DNA from: Pseudomonadota bacterium
GTDB taxonomy: Bacteria > Pseudomonadota > Gammaproteobacteria > JAKAQQ01
Reading direction: 5' to 3'
Assembly: GCA_027320085.1 (NCBI GenBank)
Contig: DAHVLZ010000005.1
Span: 1-64,000, forward strand
DNA length: 64,000 nucleotides
This document shows positions 48,747-57,773 of this stretch, in pieces. Each line of letters starts with the position of its first letter. Positions within the stretch are counted from its first letter, which is position 1. The notes under the pieces are model-generated. The model saw only the letters and a list, made by a program, of their open reading frames with translations, searched no databases and was not told the origin of the DNA. The translations under genes were made by a program, and so were the position numbers.

Positions 48747-51728
48747 GTGAGGAAAATCCACCGAGGAAACTTTCCGTCGAGCATCAACGAACGGCTCACA
48801 GGAGGGTGCATGTTGGGAAATCAGAAAGCTTGGTTGAGGCACGGCTCGAGACGAGTCAGAATACGGCTGGTCCTTGCCGCATTAACTGTGGTGTTTTTCT
48901 ACCCGGGCGCGTCCGAAGCGGTGCCCGGGCCCGCTTTGGTGGCACAGCCCGTAACGGTGACCCCTTTGCTGCGCAAACGATACACCGGTACGCTTCCGAC
49001 TTGGCGTGAGGTCACCCCGGTTGGGACCCTGGTCAGCACCCCGAACTTCCCCACCCGGGTGGCCGTCCGGGGGAGGCGGATTGCGGTCTTGGCCAATGGT
49101 GCAACCCCCTTTCAGACGATTACCTGGTATTCCCTCCATCTGGATCGCCTCACGCGCATCGCGGCATTTAGCAAGGTTGCCCCCTCCCACCCGGTGGTTC
49201 GGGCCAGTTCGGGCACGAGTGGAGTGGCCCTGAATCCCCGGCATACGGGCCCGGCGGGTACCGTTTACACGACCAACCAGTCAGCCGCCATCCGCAAACG
49301 CGAGGCCCAAGCCACCTTGCGTGCTGAGGCCAACCCGAAGACGGTTCCCACCACGATCGTCTCACAGAGTGATTGGTTCCAGGGTCTCGTGGCGGGTCCC
49401 CAGGGCCTCTGGTATGCCGCCGGAGGTGCCTCGGATCAGGTCATGGCCCTGCGCGTCAGGGGAAGTCGGGTCTCCATCGTCCATCGCTATCCCCTCCAAT
49501 GGCAGCCTTTCCCCCCAAGCCAATACCCCTATACCTATCAGGGCGATCATGAACAGAGGCCATGGCTCTACTACCCTGACTCCTTGGTGGTGGGACCGCA
49601 TGAGCAGCACCTCTATGTCACGGGGATGCTGGCCAACAGCCTTGCACGGATCGATTTCGCCGGTGGCAAAACCCAGTACCTCAATGTCGGCCCGTATCCT
49701 TTTGCGGTCACGCTCGCAGATCTTGGCCGCCGTCTCGTTGTGAGCGACTGGGCCGGCAGTGGAGTCACGGTTGTGGATCGGCGGAGTTTCCAGGTTCTGG
49801 GAAGGATTGCCAGTGGGCCGCCCGTAGGTCCCCAGAGCGTCGCGGCGGGCGTGCATCCGACGGCTCTGGTTCCCGTCCCGGGAACCCCGGATGTGTGGGT
49901 CGCTGATGCCAATGATGATGCCGTGGTGGAACTGGATGTCCGGACCCTGCGACCTGTGCGGGTCATCGACGATGCGCCCTATCGAGGAGCCCCTCCCGGG
50001 AGCTATCCGGATGGCTTGGCCGTCTCCCAGGGCAGGCTTTTCGTCGCGAATGCGGGCAACGATGATGTGGCTGTGTATGACGAGAAGACCGGGAAGCGCC
50101 TGGGCCTGATTCCGACCGCCTGGTACCCGACGGCCCTCACCCTTGTCCGCGACCGGCTTTATGTCACCGCTGGCAAGGGCTTTGGGACCGGCCCCAACCT
50201 CGAGTGGCAATATATCGGAAACATGATGCATGGCCTGCTGCAGCAGGTTTCCCTGCGACATCTCGCAGCCCGTCTCCCCCACTGGACGCAGAGGGCCTTG
50301 CGGGACGATGGCTTCACCCCGAGGCAGCGGGAGCGGTTGCAGGCGGAGAATGCCCAAACCACCCGGTTCCTGCGCAAACATATCCACTACGTGGTATTCA
50401 TCCTGCGGGAAAACAAGACCTTTGATGAGGATCTCGGGGACTACCGGGCGGCGGGTCGGTGGGCCGATCCCCGCCTCGATTTGTATGGTCCCAAGGAGCT
50501 CCCCAATCTCTACTCCTGGGCCGCCCACAATGTCCTCTTCGCCAATTTCATGGTCGATGGGGAGGTCACGGCCCAGGGGCACCAGTGGGTGGACGGGGCC
50601 TCGGATTCTGATGTCGTGCAGCGTCTCTGGTCGGAGTACTACTCCAATCGAGGATTGCTCTGGAACGCGGGACCCGGCGGAAATGCCAGCCTCGATCCGA
50701 AGGCTCCCGGCAGTCACGACCCCTACCAGTACCGCGGCAGGAACCTGGGAGATTTCACCAACCCTTGGATCAGCTATCCAGAACGCCTCTATCTCTTCAA
50801 CGATTTTCTGCAGCACCAGGTGAGCTTTGAGGACTTCGGGGAAGATCTCGCCCGTCGGCGGGATGGCGTGCTCCGCAGTGCGCTATTGGCCCACGTCGAT
50901 CGCACCTATCCCGGCTGGAATCTGATGTTGCTCGACAAAACCCGGGTCGCCGCGGCCATTCGCTGGCTGAAAGCGCATCCCGGCAAGGCTTTTCCGCACT
51001 TTATCTACATCTGGATTCCGGACGATCACACCGCCGGCTTGGCTCCTTGCTATTACACGCCGGACTACTATGTTGCACAGAATGATCATGCAACAGCCGT
51101 GTTCCTCCACTATCTGTCGACCACTCCCCAATGGAGGCATATGGTTGTTTTCCAGACGGAAGACGATGCCCAATCCGGGGCGGACCATATCAATGCCCAC
51201 CGAAGCTTCGCACTCGCCATGGGGCCTTGGGTGAACCCCGGGGATCTGGACACGGCCCCCGACTCGCAGGTCAACATCGTCCGCACCATCGAGAGCATCT
51301 TTGGGTTACCACCCATGTCCCAGTGGGATGCCAACGCCCGGATTCTCTCCGGCATCTGGAGAAACACGCCCCGGCCCGATCCTGTTCCGGTGTATCCCAT
51401 CGGGGTCCCCGTACAGTTCAATCCGGGGATCTGCAGCCGGCATCTCCTCCTTCGGAGGGAGGCAGGCGTGACCGGGCATATCCTGACACCGGCCTGGCTC
51501 AGGGCGCATACCGATCCCCATGGGAAAACCTTCCATCTGGCATCCGATGAGCAGTACACCCCCACCACCCTGCTCAAGGTCGCAGGACCCGAACAACTCA
51601 AGCAGGAGTGGATCGCCAGCAAAGGGGTGAAGAGCTACGAACGGTTCATGGCGTACCTCCAGCACTACGCGGCTGCACATGGCAGGACTCTCGCGAGCTA
51701 TGAGGCAAACGAGGGGAAGCTCAAATGA
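48747..51728 (+). CDS. Exported YVTN/YncE beta-propeller plus phosphoesterase (alkaline-phosphatase-like) protein; true start may be 48810
   Basis: Signal-like RRVRIRLVLAALTVVFFYPGASEA; LFVANAGNDDVAV, GLIPTAWYPT, ILRENKTFD, PDDHTAG, EDDAQSGADHINAHRS. Confidence 0.88.
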   Translation: MRKIHRGNFPSSINERLTGGCMLGNQKAWLRHGSRRVRIRLVLAALTVVFFYPGASEAVPGPALVAQPVTVTPLLRKRYTGTLPTWREVTPVGTLVSTPNFPTRVAVRGRRIAVLANGATPFQTITWYSLHLDRLTRIAAFSKVAPSHPVVRASSGTSGVALNPRHTGPAGTVYTTNQSAAIRKREAQATLRAEANPKTVPTTIVSQSDWFQGLVAGPQGLWYAAGGASDQVMALRVRGSRVSIVHRYPLQWQPFPPSQYPYTYQGDHEQRPWLYYPDSLVVGPHEQHLYVTGMLANSLARIDFAGGKTQYLNVGPYPFAVTLADLGRRLVVSDWAGSGVTVVDRRSFQVLGRIASGPPVGPQSVAAGVHPTALVPVPGTPDVWVADANDDAVVELDVRTLRPVRVIDDAPYRGAPPGSYPDGLAVSQGRLFVANAGNDDVAVYDEKTGKRLGLIPTAWYPTALTLVRDRLYVTAGKGFGTGPNLEWQYIGNMMHGLLQQVSLRHLAARLPHWTQRALRDDGFTPRQRERLQAENAQTTRFLRKHIHYVVFILRENKTFDEDLGDYRAAGRWADPRLDLYGPKELPNLYSWAAHNVLFANFMVDGEVTAQGHQWVDGASDSDVVQRLWSEYYSNRGLLWNAGPGGNASLDPKAPGSHDPYQYRGRNLGDFTNPWISYPERLYLFNDFLQHQVSFEDFGEDLARRRDGVLRSALLAHVDRTYPGWNLMLLDKTRVAAAIRWLKAHPGKAFPHFIYIWIPDDHTAGLAPCYYTPDYYVAQNDHATAVFLHYLSTTPQWRHMVVFQTEDDAQSGADHINAHRSFALAMGPWVNPGDLDTAPDSQVNIVRTIESIFGLPPMSQWDANARILSGIWRNTPRPDPVPVYPIGVPVQFNPGICSRHLLLRREAGVTGHILTPAWLRAHTDPHGKTFHLASDEQYTPTTLLKVAGPEQLKQEWIASKGVKSYERFMAYLQHYAAAHGRTLASYEANEGKLK

Positions 51729-51826
51729 GGAGGAATCCCGCCCCCACCCAAGGAGCCGGTGGCTCCGGTCCCTTATGGCGGGTGCGATTCAAACTGATGT
51801 GGAGTAGGCTCAATGGATACCCCCTA

Positions 51827-51930
51827 TCCTGGGTCCGCTCCAACCGACGCCGAGCCATCCCGGGTCATCCGGGCTGGGTTGGGCATGCTGGTCGGAGGGG
51901 GCGAGCCGTGCGCTTTGCCCGGTCTATGCG
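51827..51930 (+). repeat. Direct copy of a 3'-proximal segment of the MutT-like gene (47215-47318)
   Basis: Hand alignment: 98/104 identical, ungapped. Confidence 0.95.
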
Positions 51931-52102
51931 CTCCCGCCTCGAATTCTTGCCGGCCCCTCCCGCCGGCAACTTCGCCCAAAGCCGCCGCAGCCGGTTCGGA
52001 TCCACGAGATGCACCGGGTCCGGCTCGATCTCCTGGAGCTCCAGCGGACCCCGAATCGTGCTGCCCCATTTGCGTCCGGTTTTATTGAAGATGGCGGCCA
52101 TG

Positions 52103-52125
52103 CTTGCATTTTGATAAAATGCAAG
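52103..52125. promoter_or_regulatory. Palindromic operator of fitAB/vapBC
   Basis: CTTGCATTTT-GAT-AAAATGCAAG with perfect arms. Confidence 0.7.
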
Positions 52126-52153
52126 AGTCTATATCAATACGAGGTCTTGAAAG

Positions 52154-52408
52154 ATGCCATCGGTGACCGTCCGGAACGTGCCCGACGAGGTCCATCGCGC
52201 CATCCGCGTGCGAGCCGCCCAACATGGCCGCAGCATCGAGGCCGAAATGCGCGACATCCTGGAATCTGCGGTGAAGCCGGAAGGCCGGCTCAAGCTGGGT
52301 TCGCTCTTGGCCGAGATCGGCCGCAAGGTCAAGCTGACCGATGAAGAGTTCGCTCTCTTCGAGAGCGCGCGAAACAAAACCCCGGCCCGTGCTGCGAGCT
52401 TTGAATGA
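52154..52408 (+). CDS. FitA-like Arc/RHH antitoxin
   Basis: VTVRNVPDEVHRAIRVRAAQHGRSIEAEMRDIL. Confidence 0.88.
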   Translation: MPSVTVRNVPDEVHRAIRVRAAQHGRSIEAEMRDILESAVKPEGRLKLGSLLAEIGRKVKLTDEEFALFESARNKTPARAASFE

Positions 52409-52833
52409 TCCTGCTCGATACCAACGTGATTTCAGAGCCACTGCGCCCGGTGCCCGAGGCCCGCGTTGTCGAATGGATCGACGCGCAAATCCTGGAAACG
52501 CTCTACCTGTCGGCCATGAGCGTGGCCGAACTGCGCGCCGGCGTGGCGCTGCTGCCGGCTGGAAAGCGCCGGTCCCACCTGCATGAGCATCTCGAAAAAC
52601 GGGTGTTGCCCATGTTCGCCGGTCGCGTGCTGCCGTTCGACCTGGCTTGCACGGATGCCTATGCCGGACTGCTCGCGAAGGTTCGCGCAGCAGGTCGGGG
52701 CATCGAGACGGCCGATGCCTGCATTGCGGCCGTTGCCATCGCCAACCGGTTTATCCTTGCGACACGTGACATACGCCCCTTCCAGGTGGCTGACCTGAAC
52801 CTGACCCTTATCGACCCCTGGGAGGACGCATAG
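52405..52833 (+). CDS. vapC: VapC/FitB PIN-domain toxin
   Basis: MILLDTNVISE, AELRAG, ADACIAAVA, LATRD, IDPW. Confidence 0.92.
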   Translation: MILLDTNVISEPLRPVPEARVVEWIDAQILETLYLSAMSVAELRAGVALLPAGKRRSHLHEHLEKRVLPMFAGRVLPFDLACTDAYAGLLAKVRAAGRGIETADACIAAVAIANRFILATRDIRPFQVADLNLTLIDPWEDA

Positions 52834-53647
52834 GGCTCCGGACACCCCATCAGGATCGGGAAAACACCCACCAGAGTCCGGTCCCCGGTGCCCAAAGAGT
52901 TGACGCACGGAAAACCCGTCGGTAGGGTTGGCCGGGATTGGCCAGCTACTTCTGATGCTGATGCTGGGGTTGGCAGGGGGCGAGGTTGCCATCGATTCAG
53001 TGGATTTTGTTGGTAGATGAACCCGGGTGTTTTGCAGGCGGCCAGCCGGATGTCCCGGTAGCTTCGACAATCGGGCCGAGACACAGCCGTCGCGCACCCG
53101 CCCGGACCTTGAGTGCGATTAGGAGACCCGCCGGGCTCTCCCGCCAAAAAGGGAACCGCACCCCGTTTGCCGAACGGTTCAAGTTCAATAGGGGATCCGG
53201 GAACCCCGATACCGACTGGAAAGTCTGTACGGGAGTTGTGCGCCATACCGCCTGTAGGCCACCCCGGCAAAAGTGCTTGGGTGGCGGAACCCGTCTGGAG
53301 AAAACCTCGTGCCCATCGTGGAGGGTCCTGCACCTGATGACAATGAACGGATACTCTACTGCAAGCGCATCCACGATACCGAGGCGGATAACCCGGCGTT
53401 TGACCTTACTTCGTGAGCCGCATTTTCGTGAGATCCGGCTGATGATGTGCCTCCTCTTCCTGTAGACGATGTCGCCCCGCAAAAGCGCCGGATCGCCCGG
53501 AGGAGGTAGCGAATCCAGCCACGCTCAAATCTGAGGGCTGCCGTGAAGAAGGGCATCGGCTTGCCGGGCCCCACTTTGGGAAAGGAGTTTGAGAAACCAC
53601 GGCAGGATCCGGAGCGAGCCAAAGCGCTCGAGTGAATGCCATCCTTC

Positions 53648-54181
53648 TCAGGGCCTGCCCTTGAGCAGTTTCAGCTCACGCTTGAGATCCCGCTTCTTCC
53701 AGTGTGGGACCTCAATCGCTTCGATCACGCTGATCCCCGGCCATCGGGGAGCGAACGGGCCATCCAGTGAACCCGTAGCTCCTCTAGGTGCTCTCGGTCC
53801 GTGTAGCACACACGCATGGGGTCCCCACCACGGCGTGCAACGCTTCACTTTCCGCCTTCTCAGCTTCAACATCGCGCTCGGGATCCGCGAGTGCCCGAAA
53901 GGCACGAGCAAGAGCCCGTTGGCTCCGAGCCGGGCCGCCTCGCGGCGCAGTTTCCGGAGGAGCGAGCTGTCATACGACAAGTCCGAGTACCCACCGAAAC
54001 CGCTCCCATCCAGCTTCGCGACCACCACGTAATGCTTGGGGACGAGCGGCGGCGTAAAGATCATGACCTGGTTCGCCCGGATCGCCGGCCGGACCGGTCC
54101 CACGATGCGGGGCGTTGAGGCACAGCCCGCAAGCACCAGCAGGATGCCGTACCGGCCCAGGCTCGCGAAGCGCCGGATCAT
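53648..54181 (-). CDS. Hypothetical lipoprotein
   Basis: Lipobox LLVLAG-C; KLRREAARLGANGLLL resembles YbjQ-like folds. Confidence 0.7.
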   Translation of the reverse strand: MIRRFASLGRYGILLVLAGCASTPRIVGPVRPAIRANQVMIFTPPLVPKHYVVVAKLDGSGFGGYSDLSYDSSLLRKLRREAARLGANGLLLVPFGHSRIPSAMLKLRRRKVKRCTPWWGPHACVLHGPRAPRGATGSLDGPFAPRWPGISVIEAIEVPHWKKRDLKRELKLLKGRP

Positions 54182-54188
54182 GACCCAC

Positions 54189-55145
54189 TCACCGGGGCAG
54201 GTCTCCGGCCACAAGAAGCCGGAGCGTCAGGGCAACGGCCCGGGCAATGTCCGGGGTGGGTTGGTCCTTGGCCAATGGGCCATAGGTCAGCCGGGCCGCC
54301 AGCGGGTGATGGCCGTGGATATGATACAAAAGCCAGGACGGCATTTGATGATTCCTCTCCAGAGTTCGACAATACACCCACCAGGACGGATCACGAGACC
54401 GATCTACTATAGACTCCCACCAATAGACCTCCACGATCCGGAACCAGGTGGGGTGCCCATCCCTCCGGAGGGGGGAGAACCGGTCCCCGCGAACGGACTC
54501 CACACTCTTCTGGATCATGCTTTTATTTGAGTCGGTACGCAGCACCGTTACCGAAACAACCCGCCCCGAGCGGCCGACCCGGCCCACGAGCCAGACATAG
54601 GAGTTCACGGGACCGAACTCGCGACCACACCACCCCCGATGGAGTTCTTTCACCCGATCAGTTGTGGCCGGAAAACCGCCGGAACCGGGGATCAGAAAAC
54701 GGACCGCAATGCCCCGACCGGGAGACCCAAAGCCCGCCCCCTGAGCCGCATGGATCCCGGACAGACGCAAGGTCCCCACTTGAGGCACCGGTACCCCCAC
54801 CGCCCGAGCCAGAAGGGATCCTCCGGAGATCCTGAGCCGTGGGGGGTGGACCACACTTTCCGCACGTTGGATGACCGGCCCGACCGGATGCTCGCGCGAG
54901 ATCTTCGGCCGATGTGCAAGCCAGTGGACCGGGGTCGGACGGGGAAGCACTTGAGGCCGTGCCGAAGGACGCGAACTCCAGAGCCAAAGGCCAAAAGCCC
55001 CGAGCAAGAGGACTTCCACCCCGGCCGCCATGGCCCATTGAACCGCCAGCCTGCCCAATCCTGATCCCAACGGAGGCCCGGCCGAATCAGACCCCTCCTC
55101 GATCCCACGAGGAGGAATGACCAACTCTCTCTTCCTTCCCGGCAA
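54189..55145 (-). CDS. Membrane-anchored protein with a TonB-C-like domain (start uncertain)
   Basis: TM WAMAAGVEVLLLGAFGLWLW, Pro-rich linker, VGRSGRVVSVTVLRTDS...VRGDRFSPLRRDGHP. Confidence 0.55.
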   Translation of the reverse strand: MPGRKRELVIPPRGIEEGSDSAGPPLGSGLGRLAVQWAMAAGVEVLLLGAFGLWLWSSRPSARPQVLPRPTPVHWLAHRPKISREHPVGPVIQRAESVVHPPRLRISGGSLLARAVGVPVPQVGTLRLSGIHAAQGAGFGSPGRGIAVRFLIPGSGGFPATTDRVKELHRGWCGREFGPVNSYVWLVGRVGRSGRVVSVTVLRTDSNKSMIQKSVESVRGDRFSPLRRDGHPTWFRIVEVYWWESIVDRSRDPSWWVYCRTLERNHQMPSWLLYHIHGHHPLAARLTYGPLAKDQPTPDIARAVALTLRLLVAGDLPR

Positions 55146-55169
55146 GGGGATGTGACATTCAGGTAATCC

Positions 55170-56072
55170 TCAGCCGCCCGAACACTTCTTGGTAAGAGCA
55201 CAGAAGGTTTCTGACTTCAAGATTTGCCAGCCTGAGTTGCCCCCTTGGCTCAAATCTAGACTCACCATACCAGCCTTAAAACCGCCCAAAGAAACTCCGA
55301 CATCTGTAACACCGGCTTGACCCAGTCTCTGATTACCGATTATCGCCGCATCAAGCTTTTGTTCCAAGGTAGTGGTTGTGGCAATTTGCTGCTTCACGTT
55401 GAAGCTGGCCGGTGGTGTCAGGAAATCGACCGCCGTCGTGCTGACCGGTTCTCCCGAGTCGTTCTCTGGCTCGCCATTGGCACCATATCCGCTGTCCAAG
55501 ACAAAAGAAAAAACCAGTGGATTGGTTCCCGTGACCTGATATTCGGCGCTTGATCCGTCAGGGAAAGCCACGATCGTCACAAAGCCAAGCGGAGGATTTG
55601 CGGATGCCAGGTTGCTGTTGAGCCAAGTGCTCACAGCCGAGGCCTGGGAGGTGCCGGTAAAGGTGTTGGCCACGCTCGTAGGGATGTGAACCAGCAACGA
55701 GGGTGCCAGTCTTGAAAAGGTATTCTGTTCCTCACCGGTCGTCCCCGTCAGGTTGTCCCAGCTGATATCCCAGGTACAGGGGGCCCCATCCGCAGTCGAA
55801 ATGCAGGGGCCGTGGGCGGTGATCATCGAAGCCAGTAACTCATCCGGATTGAAGATCAAAAACATCACCTCCATTTTTTCTCCCGTCGAGGTATCGAAGT
55901 AGGCTCCCGATGGAATATTGCCCTGGGCATAGTCCTGGAACTGGGGCTCGGTCGAGCAGCTGGTACAAATGTCGGTAGCGACGTTGTCGGCCGCTTGGGC
56001 TGAGCTGATCGACCAGAGGGCCAGGATCAGGCCGAAGAGGGAAATCAGAGAAAAAATCACGTGCTTTTTCAC
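55170..56072 (-). CDS. Hypothetical secreted protein
   Basis: Signal peptide ending SAQA, RBS AAGGAG, CTSC, Ser/Thr-rich, VAFPDGSSAEY; visibly lower GC. Confidence 0.8.
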   Translation of the reverse strand: MKKHVIFSLISLFGLILALWSISSAQAADNVATDICTSCSTEPQFQDYAQGNIPSGAYFDTSTGEKMEVMFLIFNPDELLASMITAHGPCISTADGAPCTWDISWDNLTGTTGEEQNTFSRLAPSLLVHIPTSVANTFTGTSQASAVSTWLNSNLASANPPLGFVTIVAFPDGSSAEYQVTGTNPLVFSFVLDSGYGANGEPENDSGEPVSTTAVDFLTPPASFNVKQQIATTTTLEQKLDAAIIGNQRLGQAGVTDVGVSLGGFKAGMVSLDLSQGGNSGWQILKSETFCALTKKCSGG

Positions 56073-56214
56073 GACATAATCTCCTTTTGGTCCAGTGACA
56101 TTTTCTGTCTTGAGGCCGCTGCCTCAACCATTCGCTCGACCATACCCCCGAGCTTTTGTCAAACGGTCGGGAGACGGTGCTTCCCTCCACAATCGCGCGC
56201 ACTGGGGCTGCGCT

Positions 56215-56262
56215 TCATGCCTCATCAACCCGGGTGGAAATGGGACGTGCTCCTAGTTCATC
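56215..56262 (-). repeat. Degenerate direct copy of the yacG 3' end (57539-57586)
   Basis: 16-nt identical core ATCAACCCGGGTGGAA, 32/39 over the aligned block, stop codon at the same offset (STRVDEA* vs STRVDRR*). Confidence 0.75.
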
Positions 56263-56386
56263 TGCGCACTGTCTATGGGCCGAAGTCCGGCGGCTATGTC
56301 TTCTTCCGGTTTGGTCGATCCAGCTGACCTGTGGGGGACTCTCCGATCCATTGGGTCTTGGCCACTTGATAATTGATATCAAAAAA

Positions 56387-56421
56387 GCCACAATTGTGAT
56401 CAGGATGAATCCAATTGTGGC
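56387..56421. promoter_or_regulatory. Inverted-repeat operator at the start of the MNT gene
   Basis: GCCACAATTG-N15-CAATTGTGGC with perfect 10-bp arms. Confidence 0.6.
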
Positions 56422-57022
56422 CAAAGCCCCTGATCCCTCCCCCCTGCGGGTCCTGCTGGGCGAATATCATTTGCGCCTGCTTGGGCTTCTGCTGTTGCGG
56501 CCTGAAGAGGATTTCCACCTCAGGGAGATCGAACGGCTAACGCGGGTGCCGGCCAGCTCCGCCCGCCGTGAGTTACAGCGGTTCGCCGCTGCCGGATTGG
56601 TGCAGTCGCGTCGGGTCGGAAATCAGGTCCGTTATCAGGCGGTTCGCAGTTGCGTTGTTTATCACGAATTGGCCAGCATGTTGCGCAAAACCGTCGGCAT
56701 GGCTGATTTGCTACGCGAGGCCTTAACCCCCCTGGAGGGGAAGATCAGGACCGCGTTTCTGTTCGGTTCGGCTGCACAAGGCAGAGAAGGACCGTACAGC
56801 GACATTGATTTGATGGTGATTGGCAATGTGAGCTTTGATGACGTCGTGCAAGCCGTACATGGAGTACAAGGAAAGCTGGGCAGGGAGGTGAATCCGGTTA
56901 TCTTGCGGCAGCGGGATTTCAAGGCGAAACTCGAGCGCCAGGACGCTTTTATTCACCGCGTGATGGCCGAACCCAAAATCGCGATCTTCGGAGTACCAGG
57001 TGAGTTTGGAAAACCTGCTTAA
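56405..57022 (+). CDS. HTH plus minimal nucleotidyltransferase (MNT) antitoxin
   Basis: FHLREIERLT, RVGNQVRYQA, FLFGSAAQG, SDIDLMVIG, LGREVNP. Confidence 0.85.
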   Translation: MNPIVAKAPDPSPLRVLLGEYHLRLLGLLLLRPEEDFHLREIERLTRVPASSARRELQRFAAAGLVQSRRVGNQVRYQAVRSCVVYHELASMLRKTVGMADLLREALTPLEGKIRTAFLFGSAAQGREGPYSDIDLMVIGNVSFDDVVQAVHGVQGKLGREVNPVILRQRDFKAKLERQDAFIHRVMAEPKIAIFGVPGEFGKPA

Positions 57023-57443
57023 GACCGGCCAGATCAAGGGGCAGGCTCCAAATAAACAGCAGGTCGCCAAGCTGCTGGCTGCGGCTGCTCGAAATCTCCG
57101 CGACGCTCATGTGAAGGCAAACAGTCCCGAGACGCGCTTCGACGTTGCCTATAAGGCCATGATGCAATCTGCGCTCACTGCCATGCAGGCATGCGGTTAT
57201 CAACCGGATGCAAAACGTCCAGGTCACCATGCAACCGTGATCCAGTCCTTGCCCCTGACTTTGGGGATCGACAAAGAGCGCATCCTCGTGCTCGACAAAT
57301 TGCGCATGAAACGCAATGCCTCTGACTATACCGGCGATGACCTGGATGAAGTGTCCGTAAAGGCCTGTATCACCGAAGCTCAAAAGTTGTTGGCTGGGGT
57401 GAAGGTCTGGCTCAAAATGACCCACCCAGATCTTGTTGATTGA
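57000..57443 (+). CDS. HEPN-domain protein, toxin candidate
   Basis: AARNLRDA, RFDVAYKA, GHHATVIQSL, RMKRNASDY (Rx4Y variant of the HEPN motif). Confidence 0.78.
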   Translation: MSLENLLKTGQIKGQAPNKQQVAKLLAAAARNLRDAHVKANSPETRFDVAYKAMMQSALTAMQACGYQPDAKRPGHHATVIQSLPLTLGIDKERILVLDKLRMKRNASDYTGDDLDEVSVKACITEAQKLLAGVKVWLKMTHPDLVD

Positions 57444-57538
57444 AAGTGCATCCAGCGAATATTCTTTGACCCTATGTGAAGGAAACGGCAGGTCTCTTTT
57501 CTCGCAAGGTCAAGAGTCTGCACTTTGGGAGAATCCCC

Positions 57539-57769
57539 TCAGCGGCGATCAACCCGGGTGGAAGGGGGGCTTGCTGCCGGTTCATCCGGCGTGTCCTCCC
57601 CAGTGGATGCAGGATCCGGCTCGACGGGAATGCGGTGGGTTTCGGAGAACCACCCCCAGAGATCAACCAGGCGGCAGCGCTCGGAACAGAACGGCCGGGC
57701 CGCGGGATCCGTCGAATCGCCGGGTGCTTTTCCGCAGGTCGGGCAGCGGGGGTGGAGGGAGTCGGCCAC
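57539..57769 (-). CDS. yacG: DNA gyrase inhibitor YacG
   Basis: CPTCGK...RPFCSERCRLVDLWGW..E.HRIP. Confidence 0.9.
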   Translation of the reverse strand: MADSLHPRCPTCGKAPGDSTDPAARPFCSERCRLVDLWGWFSETHRIPVEPDPASTGEDTPDEPAASPPSTRVDRR

Positions 57770-57773
57770 GGGC

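Noticed and set aside
51865-52101. MAAIFNKTGRKW ORF, and LMGH near 43095, as tyrosine integrase remnants
   Set aside because: Only a few residues resemble an integrase; there is no catalytic R-H-R-Y context.
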